Source of the DNA: Amphiscolops sp. MND2022
Taxonomy: Eukaryota
Length of the DNA stretch: 64,000 nucleotides
Direction of reading: 5' to 3'
Assembly (NCBI GenBank): GCA_964187785.1
Contig: OZ076409.1
Span: 76,324,001 to 76,388,000, forward strand
Shown here piece by piece: positions 12,000-22,241 of this stretch. The translations under genes were made by a program, and so were the position numbers. The number at the start of each line of letters is the position of its first letter. Within the stretch, counting starts at the first letter, position 1. Under the pieces are notes generated by a model, which was not told the DNA's origin, searched no databases, and saw only the letters and a list, made by a program, of their open reading frames with translations.

Positions 12000-12560
12000 A
12001 TGACCAAATTAATCGTCAACGGATTGACATTTAATGCCGTCATCAAAGAAACCAGCCATAATTCTACAATGCTTTTCGGAGATTCTATCGTTAGACATTT
12101 TAATATGTCTGAAATTGACAAAGTTTGCTTGCCAGGCGGACGATGTGAAGATTTTCGAGCGATTATACAAGCAAGCAATTTTTCCCGTACTAGAGTAGCC
12201 ATTCTAATGTTCGGAGGGAACGACCTTGAGAGTCGTTATAAAGGAAGGATTTGGCGTCAACGGTTGTCCCCAGAGGATATATTGCAACAGATTTTGGAAA
12301 TTGCGTTTTTCTTATCGAATCGAGAAGTGGCAGTCTACGTAGTTGGTATTCCGCACCGTGGAAATCACTCTTTTGCTGATATTAAAGAGTTAAACACCCT
12401 TCTGTTCAACAACAGATGTCAAGTATTTAACTATGTTGGCCTAGGCAGCCAATTGTCGAAGGCAGCGGTGATCGGTCAAGATGGCGTGCATCTAAATGAA
12501 GAAGGCTTAAGCCGACTGAAGACAATATTTAAGAATAAAATTCTTAAGCACATCCAATAA
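12000..12560 (+). CDS. SGNH/GDSL hydrolase (esterase)-like protein, similar in motif layout to transposon-associated esterases
   Basis: Blocks FGDSIVR, LPGG, FGGNDL and DGVHLN. The ORF is open from 11934; ATG 12000 follows a TTTTTCAG acceptor-like site and is the likelier start. Confidence 0.8.
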   Translation: MTKLIVNGLTFNAVIKETSHNSTMLFGDSIVRHFNMSEIDKVCLPGGRCEDFRAIIQASNFSRTRVAILMFGGNDLESRYKGRIWRQRLSPEDILQQILEIAFFLSNREVAVYVVGIPHRGNHSFADIKELNTLLFNNRCQVFNYVGLGSQLSKAAVIGQDGVHLNEEGLSRLKTIFKNKILKHIQ

Positions 12561-12754
12561 ATTGCTCTCCTGATTATTACTTTTTAAATCTCAAATTGAT
12601 TGTTCACGATATTGATTGTTTTTTATTTATTGCTTTTACTTGTTTGATCTTTTGATTGCTTGTTTTAAAAAGCTGTTTGTGTGGCCTACTTGCATTTGAG
12701 ATGAATTGAAATGTTTTTGTATACTTTTTTATTCGTTTAATTGTCTTTGATTTT

Positions 12755-12977
12755 CATCACTGATCGACGGAAAGCGTGGTCAGTGATTAGGATTTTTAAA
12801 CAAATTGAGGTAGAAGTGTCATCACTGATCGACGGAAAGCGTGGTCAGTGATTAGGATTTTTAAACAAATTGAGGTAGAAGTGTCATCACTGATCGACGG
12901 AAAGCGTGGTCAGTGATTAGGATTTTTAAACATAATAAGGTAGAAGTGTCATCAGTTATCGACGGGAAACGTGGTTC
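12755..12977 (+). repeat. 65-bp tandem repeat, each copy carrying a bulged hairpin
   Basis: ATCACTGATCGACGGAAAGCGTGGTCAGTGAT at 12756, 12821 and 12886; degenerate fourth copy at 12951. Confidence 0.95.
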
Positions 12978-13246
12978 TACATTCAGGTAATATTTGGTAA
13001 GAGGTTGCGTCTGGTAAGTCTGGTAATTTAGTAAGCAGTGAATGGTGTTCAAATACAAAAGGTGAAAATGAAGTGCAACCGTGTTTCCAGTTATACGCAA
13101 TCTTTGTTATCTGTCAAAAAATGGTGACTTTTTCTGATGATGTCTAACAGGATCAGCGTTTTTCCAGATTTGATTTGAATTGCTTTGATCTGCTTTGCCA
13201 ACATTAACTTGTTTTGCTTGGCTATCAAAGAGGCTAAAAGTCCCCA

Positions 13247-16200
13247 ATGCCTCGTGGTAGAGGGAGAGGAAGGAGTGGCGGTACAGCAAGGAGGAAGTGT
13301 CCTGTGCACAATTCTTTTGTTGGTGCCGATGGTGTGTGTGGCAGGTGTGCGTCACAGGTGGAGCAACATCAGCAGGTGGAGAGTGATCAAGATGATCAAA
13401 CAGCCAGTAATGGCATTGTCCCCAATCCCCCAGATGCCCCCAATGATTTAGAGACGTCGGAGATGGAGATGTGTGCGAAGTGTGCCAGGATTAGTACTAA
13501 CAATTATCAACTTGACTTTCACGTTATACAAAAAGACTCGACTCATTCGACTATGTTTGGTAAAAATGTGCATGAAACCCAAGAGGAGACGATTAAAATG
13601 TGCCTACAGTGTGTTAACTACGACAGAAACACCAGTCGTCATACAGATTGGCCCAACGCGTGGCCCAGCGTAATGTATACTTTGCTTTTCGAGACTCATA
13701 GGTTTAGTTCAAATGCAGAGAAACTTTACAAAATACTTCCACATGAAATCAAAGACTCCTATAAACAACATATGTACACTGTTCATCCATCAATAGTTAG
13801 AACTGTTAACGAATCTGTTTTGAGGGACATAACAAAGGAAAAAGAAGAATTTTGGACTTTAATAAACAGTCGAACTGCGAAAAACTTAGTCAATGCTCTA
13901 ACTAAACACTGTTTTCCTAACATAAGATGCCCAGCAGGTTGTTTCGAATTCGTCGAGAAATCCCAAGGAATTTCATTCGCACATTTTCTAAACTGGATTT
14001 ACCCTCTCTTTACTAGTTTCAATGCCAACAGTAGAAAATTTTTGAAGGGAGCTCGAGAGGATTTCATGAAACGTATAATTTTGTTGGAAAAATTCAATGT
14101 TGCACCTTGTATCATGGTTAACGAGAAAGGTTTACAGTTAGTTACTTGTTGTGATCATAAAAACGGTGTCCTATTAAACTACGTACATGTACCATCAAAT
14201 CCAGTAGCAGGTAACATCAGTCCTATGTTCGTAGACAGGTTAGCCCTAATGGTTTCAAGTGTCAGAACGGTAAGACCTCTTAAAATTGGCGCTAAAAGTG
14301 CAACATTCACTATGTGCCGTGTGGACAGTGGACGCATTAGTGGCGTAAGTTCCACGGTATTGCATCATTTCAGGAACTTTGAAGCACCTTACAATGTACG
14401 TAGGATTGACGTGGAAAAATTGATCTTTAACTGTAGGTCTGATGTGAAGGATTTAATTCGAACATGTTGTCAAAGGTTTGAAATTACTGAAAACATAGCC
14501 AATGAATTTTTGAGTTTTGAATGTCCAGTAGCACTGACAGCAATAGAAGAAAGTTGTAAGGACGGGACCGTTTTTAACATGAATGCATTGATGCATATGA
14601 AGGATTATGTTGAAAGTTGTCCAGACGATATTACTGCGCGGGAAGACTTTAAAAAGCCACTTACTTTTGGTCATAAACTAGACGGTTATGGCTGCGAGCC
14701 AGTACAGATTCCAAAACTTATTTCACAGGATGTAACACTTTTCCCAGTTGTATTTGCTTCTGTTCACATTCAATCTTTTTGGTCAAAATTAATTGCAATG
14801 TCAAGACTGCACGTTGGATTTGAAAACATTTGTAAGTTTATACATCGTGTTAGGCAAAGCAAAAGTTTGCAGGAGCGTTCGGCTATTCCGACAATTCTCA
14901 ACGGGTTGCACAGTGCTTTTATGGATGTATTCCCAGGTCGAAGTGAGATTTTAGTTGAAATTTGCGAAATTCTCGAGGGTTCTTCTGTTTTCAAATGTCA
15001 TGCGGTAGATTTGCCCAATTTGACCATTGACTGTACTAGGAATGATCTTCTTCTAGTCGCAAACAACCCGTCTAGTAGGCGTGACACTCAAATTCTGTTT
15101 GAGCTAACATCAATCAATGGGAAAGTTTTTCAGTTAATTTTCATTGCCTCAGACAATCAATTGAGCTTTCGCCATGGTTCTCCTTTTTATAATTTTTGGA
15201 CTGTTAAAAACGACGGCAGTCGTCCTCGTAAAGATCCAACATTAGAATACCAATACAATAGAAATTGGAAATATTTAGTTTATGTTAGTGAGACTCAAGT
15301 CAACGATGACCCTAAAATTCGATACCTAAAGTATATGGGAGGCCAAGGTGTTTTGTTTTGTCGGGAGCATAATTTACCGTTAACATCAGACTATTTTAAA
15401 AGCAATAGGAAATGTTCCTTACCTAAGAATACCACCAATAATGCAATATGCACTAGAAAATCCGCATGGAGATGCCCTGAAAAGAACTGTTGCGCATCTT
15501 CTTGTAAAACTCATTTCAATGATTTTTGCGACTCCACCGACCGGGTTCTCGTTGACAATACGCCATCAGCGGACCCAATTCAAGATAGTAGTGACGAGGA
15601 AATAGAGTTGGGAAATGAAATAGACGTCCAAGGCAATCTCGATCAGCCCGGGCCCAGCTTCGTTTTACCGGAAGTTGAAAGACCAGAGGACACAGACGCT
15701 AATATGGACGAATTCGATTGTCCTCAACTAATTGTTGACGCCGGTTTTCAAGAGACTAACAATTTCGCTACCGACTCAGGCTGTGAGCCCGTTTATTTAG
15801 CTAACGATTCAAAATTTGTTCCAATGCACGTTCTTTTAAACGGCGAATGTCAGTTGATGAAACGCTTAAGGTATCCTACGCATATAGGTAAAAAATTTCA
15901 ACGGTTTTTTCAAAATTTTGTTTCAACTTTAGAAGGTCGTTCAATTCCTCTTCTTCAACCCGAAGCGTGCTTGTTTCCCAGCATCTTTTACAAGCAGTTA
16001 GAAGACGGATCGTTTCCTGGTGCTTTGCCATTTTTTCTTTACGATGATAAGTTTGCAAATTCAAAGTTGGATTTTGACGGCCTCCATGAACACATCCGAT
16101 TGAGACTTAAGGACGGCTCACTTTTAACTTCGGCTAATCTCGCTTATATAATGTATGCGTTTGACTGCGTCCTGAATTTATCTTTAACAAAATGCCATAC

Positions 16201-19200
16201 AAATCAGTTTTTTAAACGAGGACTCCAGACAATCACAATTGGTAAGTATAAACCTCAGCAGCTGACATCTACTGAATCAGTTCTTAAAATGGATAGTGTC
16301 GATAGTGACGTGCATGTAAACCGCTTAGGAACCGCTTGCGCTTCCGAAACACCGGATCTTTTTGTTACTTTTACATGTAATCAAAAGGAACATCCTGGAG
16401 TTGCTGAGTTAGTTCAGGCCATTTTTGACATTTACAGAAACGCGTCGGTCGAAGAATTGAAAGAAGTGCTGCAGTCTTACATGGTCATCATTGTAAGATG
16501 TTGGACCAGGACAATTGAACTTTTGATTAATTACCTGAGATTTTCACCCGAACATATTTTAGGAGAAATTTCAAAGGTTTGGGGTAGGGCCGAATTTCAG
16601 AGCGCCGCAGCGAATTTGCAACATTACCATATTCTGTTCTGGGTAAAAAATGTTGATGAAGATGTCATAGACAAAATTGCTTGTGCACACAAAAATGTTT
16701 TTGCTGAGTTTGAAAGACTGTTCAATGTCAATTTTGGTACAGTCGAAAGTATTGAACACATAGGTAAGTTGTTCGATGATTGTGTCCGTGTTCAAACTCA
16801 TGACTGTGAGAAAGGACATTGCTTAAAAAAGGTTAGGTTAAATGGAGAAAGAAAATGTCGTTTCCCACCGTACCCACAGAGCCATGTTCCCTGGTACAAG
16901 GAATTCCATCAGCCGCATACACACGAGGCCTTAGAAGTTCTGCAGGCAATTGATTTAGCTGAACCAATGCCTGGTTTTTATAACACTTTGCAGGTCACTT
17001 CTACGCTGAAAGCAGGTAAGTATATGTATGCGGCTCAAAAGGGGGAGCATATGTCACCGCTCAATGTGCCTTTGTGGAGTATTTGTAAATCGAGCCTTAA
17101 TGTTTTGAAAGTGTGTAAGTCTGTCGCCTCGAGGTATTTAACATCGTATGCCGCGGGAAAAGAAGAACACGCTGAGGTTTCCATCAACCCCGAAAATTCT
17201 CACAATGTTTTAAATGTACAAGTTCAAAAAATTGAAAACAAAAAGTTAGGCGGAGTCAGAAAAATTTTAGCTCGTGAAGCAAAGCAGGAGAAAACTCAGG
17301 GTATAATAGATTCGACAACCATTGCCAGTACAGAATGTGTTTCGTGGATGTTGCAGCTTCCTACCGTAATAACTACAATGGATTTTTGTTCGGTTCCAAG
17401 TGTTTCGCTCGAAAATCGCGGTGGAGTTATTTTGAAAAGAAAAAACAATACTCAGTCAAGATCTAACCGTCCAGGTATAGCGAATGAAGGTCCAGCCGAA
17501 ATCAGAGAACATCATCTACATTTCCCTAATCACAGACTTTTCACACCGGGACAAAAAATTGTTTTGGAAAGTGTAAACAAAACACCTTTTAGTACCGATA
17601 AAGTTACTGTTTTTTCCATACGTCCCCCTGAATTGCTTTTTGTCAACAAACTGAAACTTTATTACAGGTGGTTCGTGCGAGAAAAGTTGCCAGGTAAAAA
17701 AGAAACTATTTGTGTTAGGTTTTTGAAAAATGATGTCAGAGACTCAACATGGGTGGATGGTGAAAACAAGGCCATTCGTTTAAGACCGTGTGCTGTTGAC
17801 GAATTTTCAAATTACATACAGGATTGTCTACTTCAAAACTCAGCTGATAATAGGCTGCTTGATGCTATGCTTGTAGTTTCTGAAGTAATCAACAATTTGT
17901 CCCACCCAAATCGATCATTTTTTGTTTCTGCTGACCCGAATTTGTCGAATACACCAGCTGAAGTCGTTTTTTCAAAAGTTTATCCACGCAGTCCCGCAAA
18001 CTTTTTGATTCATTTTTTGCTTTCGAACGCCAAATTTGAAACCGAACTAGAACTTTTTGACGTTGCCACTTTAAAAGACGCTTTTGTGAAAGGTGAAATT
18101 GTTCCAGACAAGCAAACTTTCGACGAACAGGATGTTAATGAAATTTTGAAAAAATACGTTCTTGAACAATTGAGGTACTTACCAGGTGGTACAAGGTCGT
18201 TTGATTCGAATTTGTTGGCTGCAAAATCTGCCTTCAAAGGTATGTTGATTGAAAACGACATTTATAATGAAGGGTTACCAATCACGACGATGGATACTTT
18301 GACTGAAGCACTGGAGGACAAAGCAAAGAAGATGCTTCGACAGTCTCAAGTAAACATCATTAAGTCGTTGACTCAAAAAAACTTACCTAATTTTCCTTCT
18401 TCAGCTGATTTCGAAACAGTGACCAAAGAAACACCTTCCAATTGGTCCGCTGAATTGATAACAAATGTTTTTCAGTCTGCTGAGTCAGTTCAAGAGCAAT
18501 CGCTAATTTTGGAAACTTTAAAAGATCTAATTGTTGAGAGTTTGTTTGCAGGTCACAAGTTCAATAAACATCAGTTAATTTTAGGTCCGCCCGGTACTGG
18601 TAAGACTTATGTGTTGACAATGGCGTTAGGTTTTGCTTTATCAAAAGGTTTGTTTTGTCTTGTAACGAGTTTGGCATCCAGAAGATCGATGCACTTTGGA
18701 GGTGAACACATACATAAACTGTTTTGCTTGCCACCTTCTTCGTCAGGGTCCCCAATCAAAATGGCTGAGCAAGCATTGACAAAACTGGACCACAGAAACG
18801 ACAAGAAGATGCTCCTCCTGGCTTTGGAAGTGCTGTTCGTTGAAGAAGTAAGCTTGATAAGCGCCGAACAGTGGTCTGCAATGGACATTACATTGCAGGA
18901 GTTGAAGCAGTCAAGTCTGCCTTTTGGTGGCGTACTGGTAATTGCGAGCGGAGACCAGATGCAACTACCATCCATTGACGGCAATGACATCTTTCTTAGT
19001 CCGGTACTTTTGACAAACTTCGCATTGTTTTTTCTCGGACATTTCGTTCGAATGACCGATAAAGACGGTCAGACTGTGCTTCGTCACATGTGGAAGCGTC
19101 CGATCAATCCTGCCGCTGTCGCTGAGATTCTGGCAATTTTGGATGCCAAATGTACCTTTAAAGACAGTTGGGCGGACCTCGACGATCCGTGTGTTATGCG

Positions 19201-20365
19201 TGTTTTCGGAAAGCGGAAAGCCGAGCAAAGGGAGTTTGATAGTCACATTGAGCGAGTACGCGGCTCCGGAATTGCGTTTAAGATCTTCGAAGCTACGGAC
19301 GAAATTTGTCTTTCTAAGAGCTCTGTTTGGAACCTTACTAACTCAAGACAGGTAAGTAATTATTTGAGTGATAAGGTAAATGAGCCGGAAAAACTGATAA
19401 TTTACAAGAAGGCTCTGGTGAGGGTCACCGTTAATTTGGAATCCGAGCAGTTGTCGCAAGGTCAGGTAGGTGTAGTCCACGAGGTTCCCACCGGTGACTC
19501 GGTCACAATTCACATCCCCGATACAAGTGGTGGCGATTTTGACATCACTCCGGCGATGTTGGAACACGAGGAGTACCTTAACTGGCGAACGGTGACTCTT
19601 TCCAAACAAACAGGGTTTGTGCAACCGTTCAAGAAGAACTCCATCCGAAGATGTCAAATTCCTTTGATGAACAACGTTGCCATGACCACGCACAAACTGA
19701 TGGGTGACACGTTCGACAAGCTGGCGACCTCCATCTCCGCAACTGACAGCAGCTACGCATTGTGGATGACGTCGCAAGTTTTCGTGATCGTCAGTAGAGT
19801 TAAGCAGTTGAAAAACCTGACGTTCGTCGGAAACAAGTCGGCTACGTTGGACGCGATAAGATCTATTTTTGAAACTAAGGACTTGCGCGAAGAGCGTCTT
19901 TTCTCGTTGTTGGATAAAATAAGGAACAATTCGAGATCTGGTTCTACTGTTCAACCCATCGACGTTTCGCAAATGTCATACGTTCCCTTCAATAAGAACA
20001 TACCGCGGACGCCTTATGGATTCGTTTACCTTTTGATAAGCCTTAACCCGACATCGCCTCAAACGTTTTACGTTGGTCAAACTGAGCGCGCATTGTTAAC
20101 ACGTTTGTCGGAACACAATTGTGGCAACGGGTCCGATTTCACTAAAACACCTCACAGGATGCCTTGGGCCGTCGCAGCGTTCGTTTGTAATTTTTCGTCA
20201 TCTATTTCACGCCGCGATTTTGAACAAGAACTGCACAGCGAAATGTACGAACGCCGTCATCGGTTGAAAACGCTCAACAACATGATCGCTCTTTTCCAGG
20301 AGAAGGTTTCGGAAAGAAATTGCGGACTACATTTTTGCGTGTGCGGACAGTATAGGGCTACTTGA
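13247..20365 (+). CDS. Helitron RepHel transposase (HUH Rep + Pif1-family SF1B helicase) with C-terminal GIY-YIG nuclease domain
   Basis: Uninterrupted 2372-aa ORF. Rep motifs DLFVTFTCN (~16355), AEFQ...QHYHILFW (~16590-16640), YLTSY (~17135). Helicase motifs GPPGTGKT (18584), LFVEEVS, GDQMQLPSI, AMTTHKLMGDT, QVFVIVSRVK. GIY-YIG: GFVYLL...FYVGQT...RLSEHN...FEQEL from 20018. Cys/His clusters in the N-terminal third. Confidence 0.92.
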   Translation: MPRGRGRGRSGGTARRKCPVHNSFVGADGVCGRCASQVEQHQQVESDQDDQTASNGIVPNPPDAPNDLETSEMEMCAKCARISTNNYQLDFHVIQKDSTHSTMFGKNVHETQEETIKMCLQCVNYDRNTSRHTDWPNAWPSVMYTLLFETHRFSSNAEKLYKILPHEIKDSYKQHMYTVHPSIVRTVNESVLRDITKEKEEFWTLINSRTAKNLVNALTKHCFPNIRCPAGCFEFVEKSQGISFAHFLNWIYPLFTSFNANSRKFLKGAREDFMKRIILLEKFNVAPCIMVNEKGLQLVTCCDHKNGVLLNYVHVPSNPVAGNISPMFVDRLALMVSSVRTVRPLKIGAKSATFTMCRVDSGRISGVSSTVLHHFRNFEAPYNVRRIDVEKLIFNCRSDVKDLIRTCCQRFEITENIANEFLSFECPVALTAIEESCKDGTVFNMNALMHMKDYVESCPDDITAREDFKKPLTFGHKLDGYGCEPVQIPKLISQDVTLFPVVFASVHIQSFWSKLIAMSRLHVGFENICKFIHRVRQSKSLQERSAIPTILNGLHSAFMDVFPGRSEILVEICEILEGSSVFKCHAVDLPNLTIDCTRNDLLLVANNPSSRRDTQILFELTSINGKVFQLIFIASDNQLSFRHGSPFYNFWTVKNDGSRPRKDPTLEYQYNRNWKYLVYVSETQVNDDPKIRYLKYMGGQGVLFCREHNLPLTSDYFKSNRKCSLPKNTTNNAICTRKSAWRCPEKNCCASSCKTHFNDFCDSTDRVLVDNTPSADPIQDSSDEEIELGNEIDVQGNLDQPGPSFVLPEVERPEDTDANMDEFDCPQLIVDAGFQETNNFATDSGCEPVYLANDSKFVPMHVLLNGECQLMKRLRYPTHIGKKFQRFFQNFVSTLEGRSIPLLQPEACLFPSIFYKQLEDGSFPGALPFFLYDDKFANSKLDFDGLHEHIRLRLKDGSLLTSANLAYIMYAFDCVLNLSLTKCHTNQFFKRGLQTITIGKYKPQQLTSTESVLKMDSVDSDVHVNRLGTACASETPDLFVTFTCNQKEHPGVAELVQAIFDIYRNASVEELKEVLQSYMVIIVRCWTRTIELLINYLRFSPEHILGEISKVWGRAEFQSAAANLQHYHILFWVKNVDEDVIDKIACAHKNVFAEFERLFNVNFGTVESIEHIGKLFDDCVRVQTHDCEKGHCLKKVRLNGERKCRFPPYPQSHVPWYKEFHQPHTHEALEVLQAIDLAEPMPGFYNTLQVTSTLKAGKYMYAAQKGEHMSPLNVPLWSICKSSLNVLKVCKSVASRYLTSYAAGKEEHAEVSINPENSHNVLNVQVQKIENKKLGGVRKILAREAKQEKTQGIIDSTTIASTECVSWMLQLPTVITTMDFCSVPSVSLENRGGVILKRKNNTQSRSNRPGIANEGPAEIREHHLHFPNHRLFTPGQKIVLESVNKTPFSTDKVTVFSIRPPELLFVNKLKLYYRWFVREKLPGKKETICVRFLKNDVRDSTWVDGENKAIRLRPCAVDEFSNYIQDCLLQNSADNRLLDAMLVVSEVINNLSHPNRSFFVSADPNLSNTPAEVVFSKVYPRSPANFLIHFLLSNAKFETELELFDVATLKDAFVKGEIVPDKQTFDEQDVNEILKKYVLEQLRYLPGGTRSFDSNLLAAKSAFKGMLIENDIYNEGLPITTMDTLTEALEDKAKKMLRQSQVNIIKSLTQKNLPNFPSSADFETVTKETPSNWSAELITNVFQSAESVQEQSLILETLKDLIVESLFAGHKFNKHQLILGPPGTGKTYVLTMALGFALSKGLFCLVTSLASRRSMHFGGEHIHKLFCLPPSSSGSPIKMAEQALTKLDHRNDKKMLLLALEVLFVEEVSLISAEQWSAMDITLQELKQSSLPFGGVLVIASGDQMQLPSIDGNDIFLSPVLLTNFALFFLGHFVRMTDKDGQTVLRHMWKRPINPAAVAEILAILDAKCTFKDSWADLDDPCVMRVFGKRKAEQREFDSHIERVRGSGIAFKIFEATDEICLSKSSVWNLTNSRQVSNYLSDKVNEPEKLIIYKKALVRVTVNLESEQLSQGQVGVVHEVPTGDSVTIHIPDTSGGDFDITPAMLEHEEYLNWRTVTLSKQTGFVQPFKKNSIRRCQIPLMNNVAMTTHKLMGDTFDKLATSISATDSSYALWMTSQVFVIVSRVKQLKNLTFVGNKSATLDAIRSIFETKDLREERLFSLLDKIRNNSRSGSTVQPIDVSQMSYVPFNKNIPRTPYGFVYLLISLNPTSPQTFYVGQTERALLTRLSEHNCGNGSDFTKTPHRMPWAVAAFVCNFSSSISRRDFEQELHSEMYERRHRLKTLNNMIALFQEKVSERNCGLHFCVCGQYRAT

Positions 20366-20427
20366 AATTCATTATCTTTTTCTTTAAAATAAAATTTAAA
20401 ATAAGGTATTTTGTGTTTTTTTTTGGT

Positions 20428-20742
20428 GGAATCGACGATGAGCGTGGTTCCAGGTAGGTTGTAATTAGGTTGGTTTGCTGGAATCGACGATGAGCGTGGT
20501 TCCAGGTAGGTTTTAATTTGGTTGGTTTGTTGGAATCGACGATGAGCGTGGTTCCAGGTTTGTTAAGGTTAACCTAAGTTGCTGGAATCGACGATGAGCG
20601 TGGTTCCAGTTTTTTTAACATTGATTTAATTTGGTGGTTTTCTTTACATTAGATTAGTGGATGAGTATCGCACAAAGTTCTACTAAAGAGGGTGGACACC
20701 GTGCGATATTCAACAGGTGGAATCGACGATAACCGTGGTTCC
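20428..20742 (+). repeat. 52-bp-period repeat of hairpin GGAATCGACGATGAGCGTGGTTCC
   Basis: Copies at 20428, 20480, 20532 and 20584; loop variant at 20719. Confidence 0.95.
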
Positions 20743-22241
20743 TTGTTTAAATGTTTTTAAAAGTACCAGGGTAGGAATAAAGAAGAAAGTGACAATGACG
20801 TAACGGACTGAACAGATGACGACGATCTAGAAGAAAGACTAAAAGTGTAAAAGCTTGTGTACTCCTTCCAAGCTTATACACAACTTTTAAAAAAATTACC
20901 ATCAAACCATATAACCAGTGTGGCAGCACGTGTACTCTTTGAGCTTACCACGCTGACACACTCTACGTAAATAAAGATCGTCAAATCCCAAAAACTGAAA
21001 TATCATACCAAAACCGGACTTTCCCAAAACCGACTTTTCCACTACGACTTTTTGACTAAAACTTAAAGACTGAAACTTAATTGACTGAATTTAACTCTTT
21101 TCCTACTCCTACAATTGGTTTTCCCTGAGTTTAGCTAGAAGGTTGAGTTGAGAGAAGACGAGATAGACCTCAGAGTAGCAGCAACCGCGGTAATTTCCGA
21201 ATTACAATATTTTTAATAGTTTGGACAGGAAAACTTAGATAGAGTAATAGTTTTTCTGGAACCATATATATGGCTATAAACATCTTTTTCAGTCCAGGCG
21301 ATGTCCTGGCCGGCGAAGCCTTGTGCCAGGACGGAGCCCTATTAGAGGTTGATCATCAGAAACGATTGTTTTTATTATTTGAAATTTTACAATGCTGCTA
21401 CTAGTCAAAACGTGATCAGAAGAACGAAGAAGATTCCGAAGATGATATTATTCAATATCTAATATAGTAAAATTTATAGCAAAAGTCATAGCTATAAGTC
21501 TGACATGTTTTTCGTGCTTCACTTTTTTGAAAGGTTGTAGGTTTAGGATAGGCTGTAGCACATCAGAATCAGTCCCTGCGAAGGTTCAGTCGAATGTCTC
21601 TCATCAAAAAAAGCTACGATTCCAGTCATAGCAAAAGTTATTAGGTTAAAATACTATCCACAACAGAGTTCCCTTTTGCTTAACCTACTTTTCATGTTTG
21701 TCTCTCCGTCATATGGTGAAAACATTGCAAGATGAAAAATGAAAACGAAATTTGTAAAAACAACTTATGTAGTAATGGAAGGCTTTGGTTGTTATTGGTT
21801 TTTGGGAATAAAAAATACGGAAGAGTTGTTCACCATGTTAACTGGGACAAGCATGGAAAGCCACTTCATTTTAAGATATCTCATCATCATAAGGGCGGTG
21901 TTATCTCTCATCCATAAGGTGTGGAGGTTGTCATTTTGAATCGTTCTCAAGTTTGAATACAATAATTTATCGTCCTTTTGAGATAATCATTACGAAAATT
22001 TTCGTCCAAAACGTCTATCCTTCACATATCCGCACATTAGGCTAGCAGTAATCATAGCGGTTATTGTAACTTACTATCGAAGTCAGAACGTTTCCATGAA
22101 GAACATATATTAAGATCCGGGAAAATCTCATTTTGTATCGACAGTGTATTATCTATACACAAGTATTATATCCAAACTACTTTTCTTCGTCTCGTTTATT
22201 GATTTGATTGCCATTATGTTTTCAGTTCTTGTTTGGTAACA

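Noticed and set aside
13091..19972. ORFs overlapping or antisense to RepHel, including the 209-aa 19343-19972
   Set aside because: Shadow frames of a long coding sequence, with no motifs.
20712..20950. Possible minus-strand spliced exon encoding a hydrophobic peptide
   Set aside because: Only a short frame with plausible splice-like sites; not supportable without transcripts.
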